From positions 213,282,001-213,346,000 of the forward strand of contig NC_086097.1 in assembly GCF_963921235.1 (NCBI RefSeq): DNA of 64,000 bases, read 5' to 3'. The DNA is from Mobula hypostoma (taxonomy: Eukaryota). The position numbers were made by a program, and so were the translations under genes. The notes under the pieces are model-generated. The model searched no databases. It was not told where the DNA came from and was given only the letters and a program-made list of their open reading frames with translations. The first letter of the stretch is position 1, and each line of letters opens with the position of its first letter. Shown one piece after another: positions 37,271-50,570 of the stretch.

Positions 37271-38742
37271 TGGTGGTGCTAGAAAGTTTGAGAATTCTAA
37301 AACTAGGTAAAGAGATCCCAATTAAATTAATAACACAAAATCATACTTCATTTATTTGAGAAAAATGATCCAATATTCCATGTATTGGAAAAAGTTTGTG
37401 AACCTTTGATTTCAGTAACTGGTATGACCCTTTGTACAGCAATAACTTCAACCAAACATTTCCGCCAACTTGATCAGTCCTGCACATTGGCTTGGAGGAA
37501 TTTTAGGCCATTCTTCCTTACAAAGCTGCTTCAACTCTGGGATGTCGGTGGGCTTCTTGCATGAACTGATGCTTCAGGTTCCTCCATAACATTTCTATAG
37601 GATTAAAGTCAGGACTTTTACTTGGCCATTCCAAAACACGAATTTTCTTCTTTATAGACCATTCTCTTGTTGATTTACTCTTGTCTTTTGGTTCATTGTC
37701 ATGTTGCATTATCCAACTTCCATTAAGCTTCAGCTGACGGACTGCTACCTAACATTCTCGTGTAAAATATCTTGATAGAATTTTGAATTCATTGTTCCCT
37801 CAACGATTGCAAGCTGTCTAGGCCACTGAGGCAGCAAAGTAGCCCCAAACCATGATGCTGCTTCCACCATGCTTCACAGTTGGGATGAAGTTTTGGTGTT
37901 GGTCTGCAGTGCCCTTTTTCCTCCAAGCATGGTGGTGTACATTTCTGTCAAAAGTTCAGCTTTTGTTTCATCTGTCCACAGAACATTGTCCCAGAAGCAT
38001 TGTAGAACATTCAGGTGGTCTTTTGCAAACTTGAGATGGGCAACAATATTTTTTTTTTATTTTGGAGAGCAGTGATTTCCTCCTGGTGTCTTTCCATGAA
38101 CACCATTCTTGATTAGTATTTTTCTTAGAGTGGACACCTCCTTCAGCATTGCATTTTGTACTCTTGGTGTGATCTTTGCGGGACACCCACTCCTAGGGAG
38201 AGTAGCAACAATACTGACTTTCCTCCATTTGTAGGCAATTTCTCTTAACTGTGGATTGATAACACCCAGGTCTTTAGAAATGCTTTTATAGTCTTTTCCA
38301 GCTTCAGGCATCTCTACAATTCCTGTAAGGTCCTCTCAAAGTTGTTTCAATCGAGGCATGGTGCGCATAAACAGATCTTTCTAGAGAAGAGCAGGCTCAG
38401 TCAGTAACTTGACGTGTGTGTGTGTGTGTTTTGTTGTTTTTTTTTCTTTCTAGGGCTGGGCACCTCTACAATCCACACCTCCAAATCTCATTTCATTGAT
38501 TGGAATACCTGACTCCAAATAGCTTTTGTAGAAGGTATTACCAGAGGTTCACATACTTTTTCCAACAAATACATGTAAGATTTTTCCAAATAAATAAATG
38601 AAGTATAATGTTTTAGTGCTATTTATTTAATTGGGTTCCCTTTATCTAATTTTAGGACTTGAGTGAAGATCTGATCACTTTTTAGGTCATATGCAGAAAT
38701 AGAGAAAATTCTACAGAGTTCACAAACTTTCTAGCACCACTA
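37271..38742 (-). mobile_element. Tc1-like transposon, same family as 6412-7969
   Basis: Same TIR (GTGGTGCTAGAAAGTTTG/CAAACTTTCTAGCACCACTA); QHDNEPK, WPSKSPDFNPIE. Confidence 0.9.
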
Positions 38743-39477
38743 TACATAGCTATGGAAGAAACATTGCTTTTGCCTTTTTCCCTATTTCTAACACTTCATT
38801 GTTGGAGTTGTCTAGGTAAAGTCATAGAATAGTAATCTGTGGAAGCTTCAATTGTACTAAAGTAACAGGCTGTTGTACAAGTGGCTTGTCAGGTTACATT
38901 TATTCGATATCCTGTTACATGCGTCTTGAACACTTGTTCTCTGTAGTGAACGTGCTTGTGTTGGGATATTTGACAATTCCAATAATTTGATCTTTCAACA
39001 GTGAAAAATGTGTTGTTGACTGAGTAAAATGATGTATGTGGTATTGCTGCTCCCACCTCCCACTCATACTAGAACAGGTTGATGCTATGGAAACAAATCT
39101 ATTCACTTTCTCTGGTGCTTCCTACAGATTTTGCAGTGAAGTGTAGCCAGTGAAGGTTAGATGCCTACTCTTTTATTGATGTTGGCCTTATTGTGACCTG
39201 TATTGAAAAATATAGCATGCAAAGGTGTAAGAATGGAGGAGGTTGCATGGGGTTTTATCAGGCATGATGAAGATTTTGCACTTGTGATGCAGGATATTTC
39301 CTGTCAAAGTGCAGTTTGGAGGGTAGTTAGAAAGTTTGGGGATGAGAGCAAGAGTGGTGAACATACTGACAAAGATGGAAATAGGCAAAAGAAAATCAAA
39401 AGCTGTAGATATTGAAAATTTGAAATTAAAATGAAGTGCTCAGCAGATCAGGCAGCATTTGTGGAAAGAGAAGCAGA

Positions 39478-41200
39478 TAAGCCAAAAGAGATGGGGGAGA
39501 TTTTGAACAATTTCTTTTCTTCGGTATTCACTAAGGAGAAGGATATTGAATTGTGTAAGGTAAAGGAAACAAGAAGGGTAGCTATGGAAAGTATGATGAT
39601 TAAAGAAGAGGAAGTACTGGTGCTTTTAAGGAATATAGAAGTGGATAAGTCTCTGGGTCTGGACAAGATATTCCCTAGGAACTTGAGGGAAGTTAGTGTG
39701 GAAATAGCAGGGGCTCTGACAGAAATATTTCAAATGTCATTAGAAACAGGGATGGTGCCGGAGGATTGGCATATTGCTCATGTGGTTCCATTGTTTAGAA
39801 AGGGTTCTAAGAGTAAACCTAGCAATTATCGGCCTGCGTTTGACTTCAGTGGTGGGTAAAATGATAGAAAGTATTCTTAGAGAGGGTATATATAATTATC
39901 TGGATAGACGGTTTGATTAGGAACAGTCAACATGGATTTGTGTGTGGAAGGTCATGTTTAACAGTTGAATTTTTTGATGAGGTTACTAAGAAAGTTGACA
40001 AGGGTAAAGCGGTGGATGTTGTCTATATGGACTTCAGTAAGGCCTTTGACAAGGTTCCACACGGAAGGCTAGTTAGGAAGGTTCAGTCGTTAGGCATTAA
40101 TATTGAAGTAGTAAAATGGATTCAGCAGTGGCTAGATGGGAGACGCCAGAGAGTAGTGGTGGATAACTGTTGGTCAGATTGGAGGAAGGTGTGTAGCGGT
40201 GTGCCTCAGGGATCTGTACTGGGTCCAATGTTGTTTGTCATGTATATTAATAATCTGGATGATGGGGTGGTAAATTGGATGAGTAAGTATGCAGATGATA
40301 CTAAGATAGGTGCCGTTATGGAAGTAGGTTTTCAAAGCTTGCAGAGAGATTTAGGCCAGTTAGAAGAGTGGGCTGAAAGATGGCAGATGGAGTTTAATGC
40401 TGATAAATGTGAGGTGCTACATTTTGGTAGGACTAATCAAAATAGGACATACATGGTAAATGGTAGGGCATTGCAGAATGCTGTAGAACAGAGCTATCTA
40501 GGAATAATGGTGCATAGTTCCCTGAAGGTGGAATCTCCTGTGGATAGGGTGGTGAAGAAAGCTTTTGGTGTGCTGGCCTTTATTAATCAGAGCATTGAGT
40601 ATAGGAGTTGGGATGTAATGTTGAAATTGTATAAGGCATTGGTTAGGCCAAATTTGGAGTATTGTGTACATTTCTGGTCACCGAATTATAGGACAGATGT
40701 CAATAAAATTGAGAGAGTACAGAGGAGGTTTACTAAAATGTTGCCTGGGTTTCATCGCCTAAGTTACAGAGAAAGTTTGAACAAGTTGGGTCTTTATTCT
40801 TTGGAGCGTAGAAGGTTGAGGGGGGACTTGATAGAGGTGTTTAAAATTATGAGGGGGATTGATAGAGTTGACGTGGATAGGCTTTTTCCATTGAGAGTGG
40901 GGGAGATTCAAACAAGAGGACATGAGTTGAGAGTTAAAGGGCAAAACTTTAGGGGTCACATGAGGGGGAACTTCTTTACTCAGAGAGTGGTGGCTGTGTG
41001 GAACGAGCTTCCAGCAGAAGTGGTTGAGGCAGGTTCAATGTTGTCGCTTAAAGTTAAACTGGATAGATATATGGACAGGAAAGGAATGGAGGGTTATGGG
41101 CTGAGTGCAGGTTGGTGGGACTAGGTGAGTGTAAGAGTTCGGCACGGACCAGAAGGGCTGAGATGGCCTGTTTCCGTGCTGTAATTGTTATATGGTTATA
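39478..41200 (+). mobile_element. young 5'-truncated CR1 (RT region largely open, 39913-41124)
   Basis: QHGF, DFSKAFDKV, GVPQGSVLGP, YADD; tail tgttatatggttata. Confidence 0.92.
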
Positions 41201-41468
41201 ATGTTTTGGATTCTGGGCACTTCGTCAGAAGGAAAAGAAATGAGTCATGATAGGCAGCAGACAAAGTTTGGGGAGGGGAATGGGTAAAATCAAAGGAATT
41301 AATCTTAGTTGTAATGGTTCATTGGGTTGATGCAGTTTTGTGCAAGGTTATTGCATCATGTATTTGCAAGTTTAGGCTATATTGCATTAGCTGATATCAC
41401 ATGAGATGATAGGAAACTAGTGGTGTTACATTAAATAGAGGTTTTAAAAACTAGCAACATACACAAAA

Positions 41469-41680
41469 CAACACACATCAAAGTTGCTGGTGAACGCATC
41501 AGGCCAGGCAGCATCTGTAGGAAGAGGTGCAGTCGACGTTTCAGTTCCTTCGTCAGGAAGGGTCTCGGCCTGAAACGTCAACTGCACCTCTTCCTACAGA
41601 TGCTGCCTGGCCTGCTGTGTTCACCAGCAACTTTGATGTGTGTTGCTTGAATTTCCAGCATCTGCAGAATTCCTGTTGTT
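41469..41680. repeat. Penelope-derived hairpin element with a 13-bp TSD, nested in a related element
   Basis: TSD aacatacacaaaa at 41456-41468 and 41681-41693; palindrome 41469-41645. Confidence 0.85.
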
Positions 41681-41916
41681 AACATACACAAAAGCTGGAT
41701 TAACTCAGCAGGTCAGGCAGCATCTATGGAAATGAATAAACAATTGATGTTTCAGGCTGAAATCCTTCATATATTGAAAAACTACATGTTATTTTACATT
41801 TCTGATCAATATTATCTGCAGATATCTTGTGAAAAGACTCAAAATTACAGAGTCAGCAGTAGATGAGTTATCTTTTTTCCATGCATTAGCTAGCAACTGT
41901 GGAGAACTATCTTTAG

Positions 41917-42144
<228 letters not shown>

Positions 42145-42379
42145 TAAACATGTCTTCTGAACCAGGTCTATGTTGGATCATTTTCCTTAGGGCATTGAAA
42201 ATAGATGTGTTTTTAATCTTGTTAACTGATTGTCATTGGTTGCAATTTCACAAATGCATTTCAACAATTTCTTTTACCTTCGTTCAGGCTCCTAGTGTAG
42301 AAGTAGTAGTTATCTATTAATAATAATGTTCTTTCAATAATTAAAGACACAGTTTTTAAGATTGTAAGGAGCAGCTTAT

Positions 42380-43030
42380 CTTTAACCCTCATTTATGAAG
42401 GTCACGTGAAGATCTATCTCATGTTCTCACCCTGTTAATACTGCACTAGCTGATACCAAATTAAATTTCTACTGAATAGCCAATAAATTGTAAAAAGTGA
42501 GTGGTATTTATTAATGGCAATTGCCAAGCAAGCCACTATGCTACTTTTGTTGGTAAAGGTGAAAATGTTCTCTAATTCCGTTTTGGAAACTCAATACTGT
42601 AGTTGGATATAAGCATAAGAGATTCTGCAGATGCTGAAAATCTAGATTAATGCACACAAAATGCTGGAGGAACTCGGTAGGTCAGGCAGCATCTGTGGAA
42701 AGGAGTAAAGAGTCAAAGTTTCAGCAGGGTCTTGCCCAAAATGTTAACTTTTTATTTCTTTCCACAGACGCTGCCTGACCTGAGTTCCTCAAGAATTTTT
42801 TTGTGTTACAGTAGTTGAATGTATTCTTTAGCTTTTGCAAATGGTGAAATTCAGCATCGTGAAAAGATCTAGAGTTTCAGAATCGATTTCTAACATATTA
42901 GCTGGGTTACCTCAAAACCAACTGTAGGTACCATAAGATTTTCATTTTAAGAATCCTTGTTTTTAACAGCCATCTATACAAGTTTGCAGTATATCACAGC
43001 CAGCTGTACCAGCGTGTGCTATTTTAGAGT
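42380..43030 (-). pseudogene. EVE-E: decayed Tymovirales-like SF1 helicase, interrupted by a hairpin element
   Basis: HAGTAGCDI (42996-43013, Walker A), MVPTV (about 42920), MLEIDSETLDLFTMLNFTICKS, LGNCH*/YHS (42498-42528; compare LGDPLQGEYHS). Confidence 0.68.
42615..42810. repeat. Penelope-derived hairpin element
   Basis: cacacaaaatgctggaggaactc.../...gagttcctcaagaatttttttgtgt. Confidence 0.78.
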
Positions 43031-43974
43031 AATTGCAAACTTCTATCATACTGTGAAGAGATTAAGTAACATGTGGAATGACAGTAATAGGAGTATGCTA
43101 TTGACAAGCATTACAGTCAGTTAAGGACTCAGACTCACCCAGGTATGCTTCTATTCTGGACATGATCATCAAGGTAACTGTTTTCACTGTCCTTGCTATT
43201 CTAAAGCCCTCAATTGATGATTAACTTAACTCCTTTTTCTCCAAATAATTATTTGCCTTTGTACTACTGTGACCAGAATGTACATTAGGACCCAATAAAA
43301 TATGTGCATGAAAATTGCCTTTTTTAAAAAAGTATTTTGAGTACCTTTCCATAAAATAGCCATAAAAAAACCCTACATATTTTCAGTTGTACATTGACTT
43401 TCAATATTTGCATTTTGCCAGTAGAGGTCAGTATTTTGCACAGAAGCGATGTGTTCAGATTATGATTTCAGAAAATAATAGCAAAATAACTAGAGAATAA
43501 AAAACTTCATGTTTGAATAATATGATGGGCTGAAAACGACAAATAGCTTATAAATTGCATAACAGCTTTGCAAAAAAGATCTTGAAATCAATTAGCCTTC
43601 AGGTTTCTCAAGTGTGAATTAAACTCTGCATGTGGCTAGATGGGTACTTTTAAGATGCATGGATAATTTCAACAGTTGTGAAGTCCTATTAACCTTAATC
43701 TCAGGAAGGAAATAGCTGAAACTTTCTGTAGGTAGACAATTAAAGTTTTATCTTTCTAACTTTTTGAAGGAATTGTTTCATTGATGAATAATTGTTCTGT
43801 TGGCTATAAGAGATGCAAAGGCCCTGACTAGAGATGACTGCTGCAACCCAGAAAAGAACTGAACAGAGATTCAATTTTTACAGTAAGCAAATGCTGACAG
43901 TGCTATTATCCAGTGCCAAACTAGGTTTCAATAAGTGTTGCAGCATCTTTTTAGGAAGACATCTGGAATTCATT

Positions 43975-46900
43975 TAGAAAAGTGGGAGGGAAGTTTGAGA
44001 TGTTTGTAGGTACAAACATGGATGAAGATGAGGTTTCTTCATCAAGCACAGATGATGTGATCTCTTCAACCACTGATTCACAAGCCACAGCGATTCGCTC
44101 TGGAGAGCGTCATCATACTCCAGGTCAGACGAGAGATAACCCAGGTCAAGTTTCAGACCACAGTACCCAGGTAGATTATTCACATGATGGCGGTGGTGAG
44201 GAGGTAGAGAAGAAGAGGAAGGTCAAGTGGCCAGCAATGGCAGATGAGAAGGCTTGGCGTGTATTTGATGAGGATATCAGTATGATGTTGGAGAGCACTC
44301 TCAGGGGAACATCAAAGAGAAAGTTGGAAGTGATGGGCGATATGATTTACGATGTTGGAAAGTACAGGTTTGGTTTGGTTGAGTTGAAGAAAACAAAGCC
44401 TACACAGCAGCCAAGCAGGTGCCAAAAGGAGATTAGTAGGTTGAGGAGAGAGCTTAGATCGTTGAGACAGAGGTGGAAGGTAGCAAGTGAGGGTGACAAG
44501 CCAGGGCTTGCTGATCTCCGAGAGCATTTTCGAATAAAGTTAGCATCACTCCGTCGTGCAGAGTCACAACGTAAAAAGAGAGAGAAGGCAAGAAAGTCGT
44601 TCTTTGAGAACCCTCACGAGTTCACAAAGAAACTGTTTGAACAAAGTAAGAGTGGGCAGCTTAACATCTCTCAACAAGAACTTGAGGACCACCTAGCAAG
44701 CACTTACTCTAACGAACAGCAGGAGGCTCCTTTGCTTGACATTTTCAGGGCTTGTGAAGCCTACCAAGCCAGGAGTGAAGTTTGATCTGTCAGAACCCAA
44801 ACTGGCAGAAGTCGAACGGTTCATCGGAAAGGCAAGGTCAGGCTCAGTGCCAGGACCTAATGGAGTGCCGTATAAGGTGTTCAAGAAGTGTGAACAGCTG
44901 AGAAAATACTTGTGGAGATTGTTAAAGGTGTTGTGGAGACAAGGTGTTGTTCCTTTGTCATGGAGTGAGGCTGAAGGAGCATACATCCCGAAGGAAGAGA
45001 ATTCTATTATATTGAATCAGTTCCAACCAATTTCACTCCTGAATGTAGAGGGGAAGGTTATGTTTGGCATTCTGGCAGAAAGAATATCTTCATTTGTGAT
45101 TGAAAATGGATTAGTAAATACATCTGTGCAGAAGGCAGGAATACCAGGCTTCCCAGGATGCCTTGAACATTCTAGTATGATATGGCATACCATCCAGGAG
45201 TCAAAAAGGTTGAGAAGAAATCTGGCTGTAGTTTGGCTTGATCTGGCAAATGCATATGGTTCTGTTCCCCATGTCCTGACTGAGTTTGTGATGGAATTCC
45301 TATGGATTCCTGCTAAGGTGAGGAACTTTGTTATGCAGTACTACAACGATTTCCGGATGAAGTTTTCCACTCAGCAGTTTACAACTAGGTGGCAGAGCTT
45401 GGATGTTGGAATCCCAATGGGATGTGCAATTTCACCCATCCTTTTTGTGTTAGCCATGGAGGTTATTGTGAGGGCTGCAGAATCAGTGGGACCAGGTGTT
45501 GCACTTGATGGCGGAGAGGAGTTACCACCAATACGAGCGTTCATGGATGATCTTACCCTTTTGGGTCCCAGCACGGAGGCAGTGGCAAATGTACTATCTA
45601 GACTCGAGGAGCTAATGGGTTGGGGAAGAATGAAGTTCAAAACCAAGAAGTCAAGGAGCCTTGTTCTCAGGAGAGGAAAGCTTGTTGACTTTCATTTCAC
45701 CCTTTGTGGAGAGGAGATTCCATCCATTCAGGACCAACCAGTTAAGAGCCTCGGGCGATGGTATACAGAGGAGCTGAGAGACACCAAGAGGGTTCAAGAG
45801 ACAGGAGAACAGATCAGCAGAGGTCTGATGTCTGTTGACAAGTGTGGCTTGCCTGGCAAGTTGAAGTTGTGGTGCTTGCAGTACAGACTGATGCCACGGA
45901 TAATGTGGCCACTAACTGTCTATGAAGTGGCAATGTCCCACGTTGAGGCAATGGAATGGAAGATCAACAAGTATGTGAAGAAGTGGCTTGGAGTACCGAG
46001 CAGCCTCACCAGTGTTGCAATCCACAGTAGCCAGATGAAGCTTACCCTCCCAGTGCAATCCCTTGTTGTGGAGGTCAAGGTAGCCAAGGTAAGATCATTC
46101 TTGATGCTTCGAGACTCGAAAGACCCTGTCATCAAGAACACCCAGCCGGATGTGAGATCAGGCAGGAAGTGGTCAGCCCGTGTAGCAGTCGATGAGGCAG
46201 AGTCCAGATTGAAGCAGAAGGAGACGGTTGGGGCTATCCAGCTAGGCCGCCAGGGACTTGGATGGACAACCCACAAGTGGTGGTCATCTTCTACAGGTAA
46301 GGAGCGCCGTGAGCTTGTAACACAAGAAATACGAGAGGTAGAAGAGGAGAAGAGGTTAACTAAAACAGCTGGCCTGGCCAAACAAGGGGCTTAGACCCGG
46401 TGGGAAAGTGTTGAACAACGACACCTATCTTGGAATGTTCTGTGGCAGATGGAACCACTTCGCATTTCTTTTCTATGGAGAGCAGCATACAACCTGCTCC
46501 CAACACCTGCCACCCTCAGCACCTGGTATGAAGATAAAACAGGCAGGTGTGCTGCATGTAAACTTTGAGAACGTTGTTATGTCTCCAAGTTGTAACAGAA
46601 GCGGTTGAGCAGAGAGTACTGCAGCACAACTTATCTCATGCCCCATGCTGCACAAAATATTGCATATCATTTGTGAAAGAAGGCTCCATGTCAAGGGTTT
46701 ACAGCATAGACTCACGATCAAGCATACTTTCTTCAGCCAGTGATTGGTGTGTCAAGGCTGATCTGGACGGGAAAGGCAGTTTCCCGGAGCAAATAGCTTT
46801 CAGAACATTGCGTCCAGATATAATCGTATGGTCTGACACCAGTAGAGAAGCTGTTATTGGTGAACTCACAGTCCCCTGGGAAGACAACATTGATGAAGCC

Positions 46901-47400
46901 CATGAGCACAAGTTGACCAAGTATGCAGAGTTAAGATCAGAGTGCAGAGACAGAGGGTGGAAGGTCTCATGCTATCCATTCGAAGTAGGCTGCCGTGGGT
47001 TTATTGCGTTCACTCTCCAGAAGTGGCTGCGTGACCTTGGCTTCACTAGAAGAGAGATCAAGTCAACTAGTGGGGCTGTAGCTGAGGCAGCAGAGGAAGG
47101 ATCAGCATGGGTGTGGACCAAGTACGTCCAGAGGGGCAGATAGTCAGACAGTGTATACATATCTTGCAAATCCCTCAGTAGAGATGAAAGTGACCAACAA
47201 CTCTGATAGAGGCAGATGCCAAGTTTTTAAGCTCACCAGTGGGAGGTGATGCTTTAGCACTGCTGGCCCACCACCTCTGGCTCACCTGATCATAAGCTGG
47301 CCGAAAATTGTGAAGACAGGTGGCAGATCAACTGATGATCCCACTGGTGATAGCACAGGACAGTTAACATCTTAGTCCACATGTATTTTGTAACTGCACC
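43975..47400 (+). mobile_element. Hero-clade RLE non-LTR retrotransposon, a few frameshifts, probably 5'-truncated
   Basis: ORF pieces 43982-44785, 44736-46394 (WLDLANAYGSVP, GIPMGCAISP, FMDD) and 46565-47143 (LRPDIIVWS...ELTVPWE...KY...EVGCRGF). Confidence 0.92.
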
Positions 47401-47419
47401 CTAGATTTTTGTATGGTTT

Positions 47420-47796
47420 CAGATGGTATGGCCTTTACAGAGCCCAGATCTCAAAATCATCGAGACTGCCTGGGATTATCTGGAAAGATAGAAGTTTGCA
47501 AGACTGTAAAAGTCTGCAGAAGAACTGTGGCAAGTTCTCCGGGATGCTTGGAACAACCTACTGGCTGATTTTCTCATAAAACTGCATGATAGTGCACGTA
47601 AAAGAATTGGTGCAGTTTTAAAGGCAAAGGGTGGTCACATCAAATATTGAATTGATTTGATTTAATTTTTTTTTACTGTTTACTGCTCTTTATAGTAATT
47701 TTTTTGATATTGAGCAACTTTTCATTTCATTATTTTTGAAGGCATCTTTGCTTTACAGATTTTTTTACTTGTGCCCAAGACTTTTGCACAGTACTC
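47420..47796 (+). mobile_element. Tc1 3' fragment
   Basis: WPLQSPDLKIIE; AKGGHIKY; TIR gtgcccaagacttttgcacagtactc followed by TA. Confidence 0.8.
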
Positions 47797-49019
47797 TATG
47801 GGACTGAAATTTTTGAGGACACCCTTGAAGGAAAGATTTGTGTTTGAAAAATGTAGCTATAGATCCATGGCTGAAAGCTTGCACTGCTCTTGTCTTCACA
47901 TACTTCTAATATGGCAGAAAGGCACACAGTAGTTTTAAAATGGAAGAGTGGTGTTGGTACAGAAGTTAAGTGACAGGGCCATTCTGAGAAACAAGGATGA
48001 CTATTTTAATGTGGTAAAGGCATGGTGGGATTGGATACAGTGGAATTGGAATAGTCTAATCCTATACACCCTTCAGCAAATCTTTATTTTATTGTTCATT
48101 ATATGCCCTCAAAACGAATTGTCACATGCCATTTTTCTTTCAAAGCCTGATTTTCTAAATGTCCCGTAACCATCCCCTGAACAGATTCCAACATTTTCCT
48201 GACAATTTGTCAGATTAGCTAGCATGTAGTTCTTCCTCAACTAACAATATTACCACATTAAAAGTAGACATTGAATGAAATGGCTGCAGCCAATTAAAAA
48301 ATTTGAATTCTGTATTATAAAAATGATTTGCTCTTTCTCATAAAGGAGCAAACCTAAAGGTGTAGCAATTACCATGGCATATTGTAGGAATGAAGACTTA
48401 CTTTTCAGTAGTCACTAGGGGCATAGAGGCAGAATTGTGGAATGCGATCCCCTAACAAAAAACTGATGTGAAAATGAACATTTTTTTTTTGATTAAGGAA
48501 ACAAGATTTTGAGGGATTAAATCTTAATAAAACAGTTTTTAATCTTGTGCGTTACAATGACCTTTAAAATTTGATAGACTATATAATTTTCATTAATTTA
48601 ACAAGGTAATAGCAGGTACTTGGGGTGAAGGCTGAAATGTTTGGTTGGAGGTGAGGGCATGAGAGAGCTTCACAACAAGAATGACAATTAACTTTCAAAA
48701 TACATTTGCTGAGGTCCAGGGGCTCGAGGATACTTGGTAAGAATAGACATGATAGTGTCTATATACGTTAAGAGGGGCAAAGGTCACTGAGTTCTGGATT
48801 TGTTGAAATTTAGGAAGCTTAATGAGGACGGGAGCAATTTGAACAAAGATATAAAATGAAAGGGTTAGCATAATTCTCGATGGTAGTTGATTTCAGTCAC
48901 TTTCCTTTTTTAAAAAAAACACAAAATTCTTTTACAAGCTTTGTATTCCTAGGGCAGAATTGGGTATTGTAAGGTATTAGAGATTCCATGATAAAATAGT
49001 AATGGAGCCTAATAAGATA

Positions 49020-50570
49020 TGCAGCAGGCTGCAATTTTTTACTGTTTAAATAGTAATCTGCTCTTTCAATTTTCCTTCCAAAGTGGATGACCTCACATCT
49101 ACCAATTGTACTCCATCTACCAGATCCTTGCCCACTCATTTAACCTATCTATATCTCTCTGCGGACTCTCTGTATCTTCTGCACAAATTGCTTTTCCACT
49201 CAATTTAGTATCATCAGCAAAATTAGATACAGTACACTCAGTTCCGCTCACCACTGATTGCCAACCAGAGTAACACCCATGTACCCCAACTCTGCGTTAA
49301 CCAATCCTCTATCCGTGTTAATACATCACCCCCAACTCTATGCATCCTTATCTTATGGCTAAGTCTTTTATGTGGCACCTTATCGAATGCCTTCTGGAAA
49401 TCCAAGGAAATAACTTCTGTCTGTTCTCCTCTATCCACTGCACTCGTTATATCCTCTAAGAATTCCAGTAAGTTTGTCAAACAGGACCTGCCTTTGTTGA
49501 ATCCATGCTGTGTCTGCCTGATGGATTCATTTCTTTCCAGGTGCCTCGCTATTTCTTCTTTAATGATAGCTTTAAGCTTTTTCCAAGCTATAGATGTTAA
49601 ACTAACTGACCTATAGTTACCTTTCTTTTGCCTACATCTTTTTTTGAACAGTGACCTGATATTCGCCGTCTTTCAATCTGCCGGGACCTGCCCAGAGTCC
49701 AGAGAATTTTGGTAAATCATCACCAAAGTCTCTACTATAACTTCTGCCATTTCTTTCAGTAGCCTGGGATGCATTCCTTCAGGACCAAGAGACTTATCTA
49801 CCTTCAGGCCCACAAGTTTGCTCAGCACTACCTCTTTAGTGATAGCTATTGTATTGAGGTCCTCACTTCCCATCGCATCCATAATATCTCTTTGGGCTGT
49901 TAGATGTGTTCTCCATTGTGAAGACAGGCACAAGATATCAATCAAAGCCTTGGCCATTTCCTCATTTCCCAATATCAATTCCCCTTATCCTCCAAGGGAC
50001 TTGCATTCACTTTAGCCACCCTTTTCTGCCTTATATAATTATAAAAACTTTTACTCAGTTTTATATTTTGTGCTGGTTTATTTTCATAATCTAGCTTCCC
50101 TTTTGTTATTGCATGCTAGGTGGTACTTTGTAGCTTTTTAAAGTTTTCCCAATCTTCCAGTTTCCCACTACTCTTGGCGACTTTGTATGCATGAGCTTTT
50201 AGTTTGATGCCTTCTTTTATTTCCTTAGTTATCGAAGGCTGGCCCTCCCCACCCTTATTGTCCTTGCTTTTAACTGGAAAATACTTCTGTTGAGCACCCT
50301 GAAAAATCTCCTTGAAAGTCTTCTACTGTTCCTCAACTGTCACACCGTATACCGTGTTCCAAGTCTACACTAGCCAAATCTCCCCTTATTCCATTGTAGT
50401 CTCCATTATTTAAACAAGTTATACTGGTTTTAGAGCTATTGCACCCTCCATTTGTATGAGAAATCCAGTCATATTGTGATCACTCTTTCCAAGAGGATCC
50501 CGAACTACAAGATCACTAATTTTACCTGTCATATTGCACATGACCAGATCTAAGATAGCATGTTTCATTA
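49020..50570 (-). mobile_element. degraded CR1 ORF2 fragment
   Basis: LDFQKAFDKVPH; DKSLGPEGMHPRLLKE. Confidence 0.85.
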
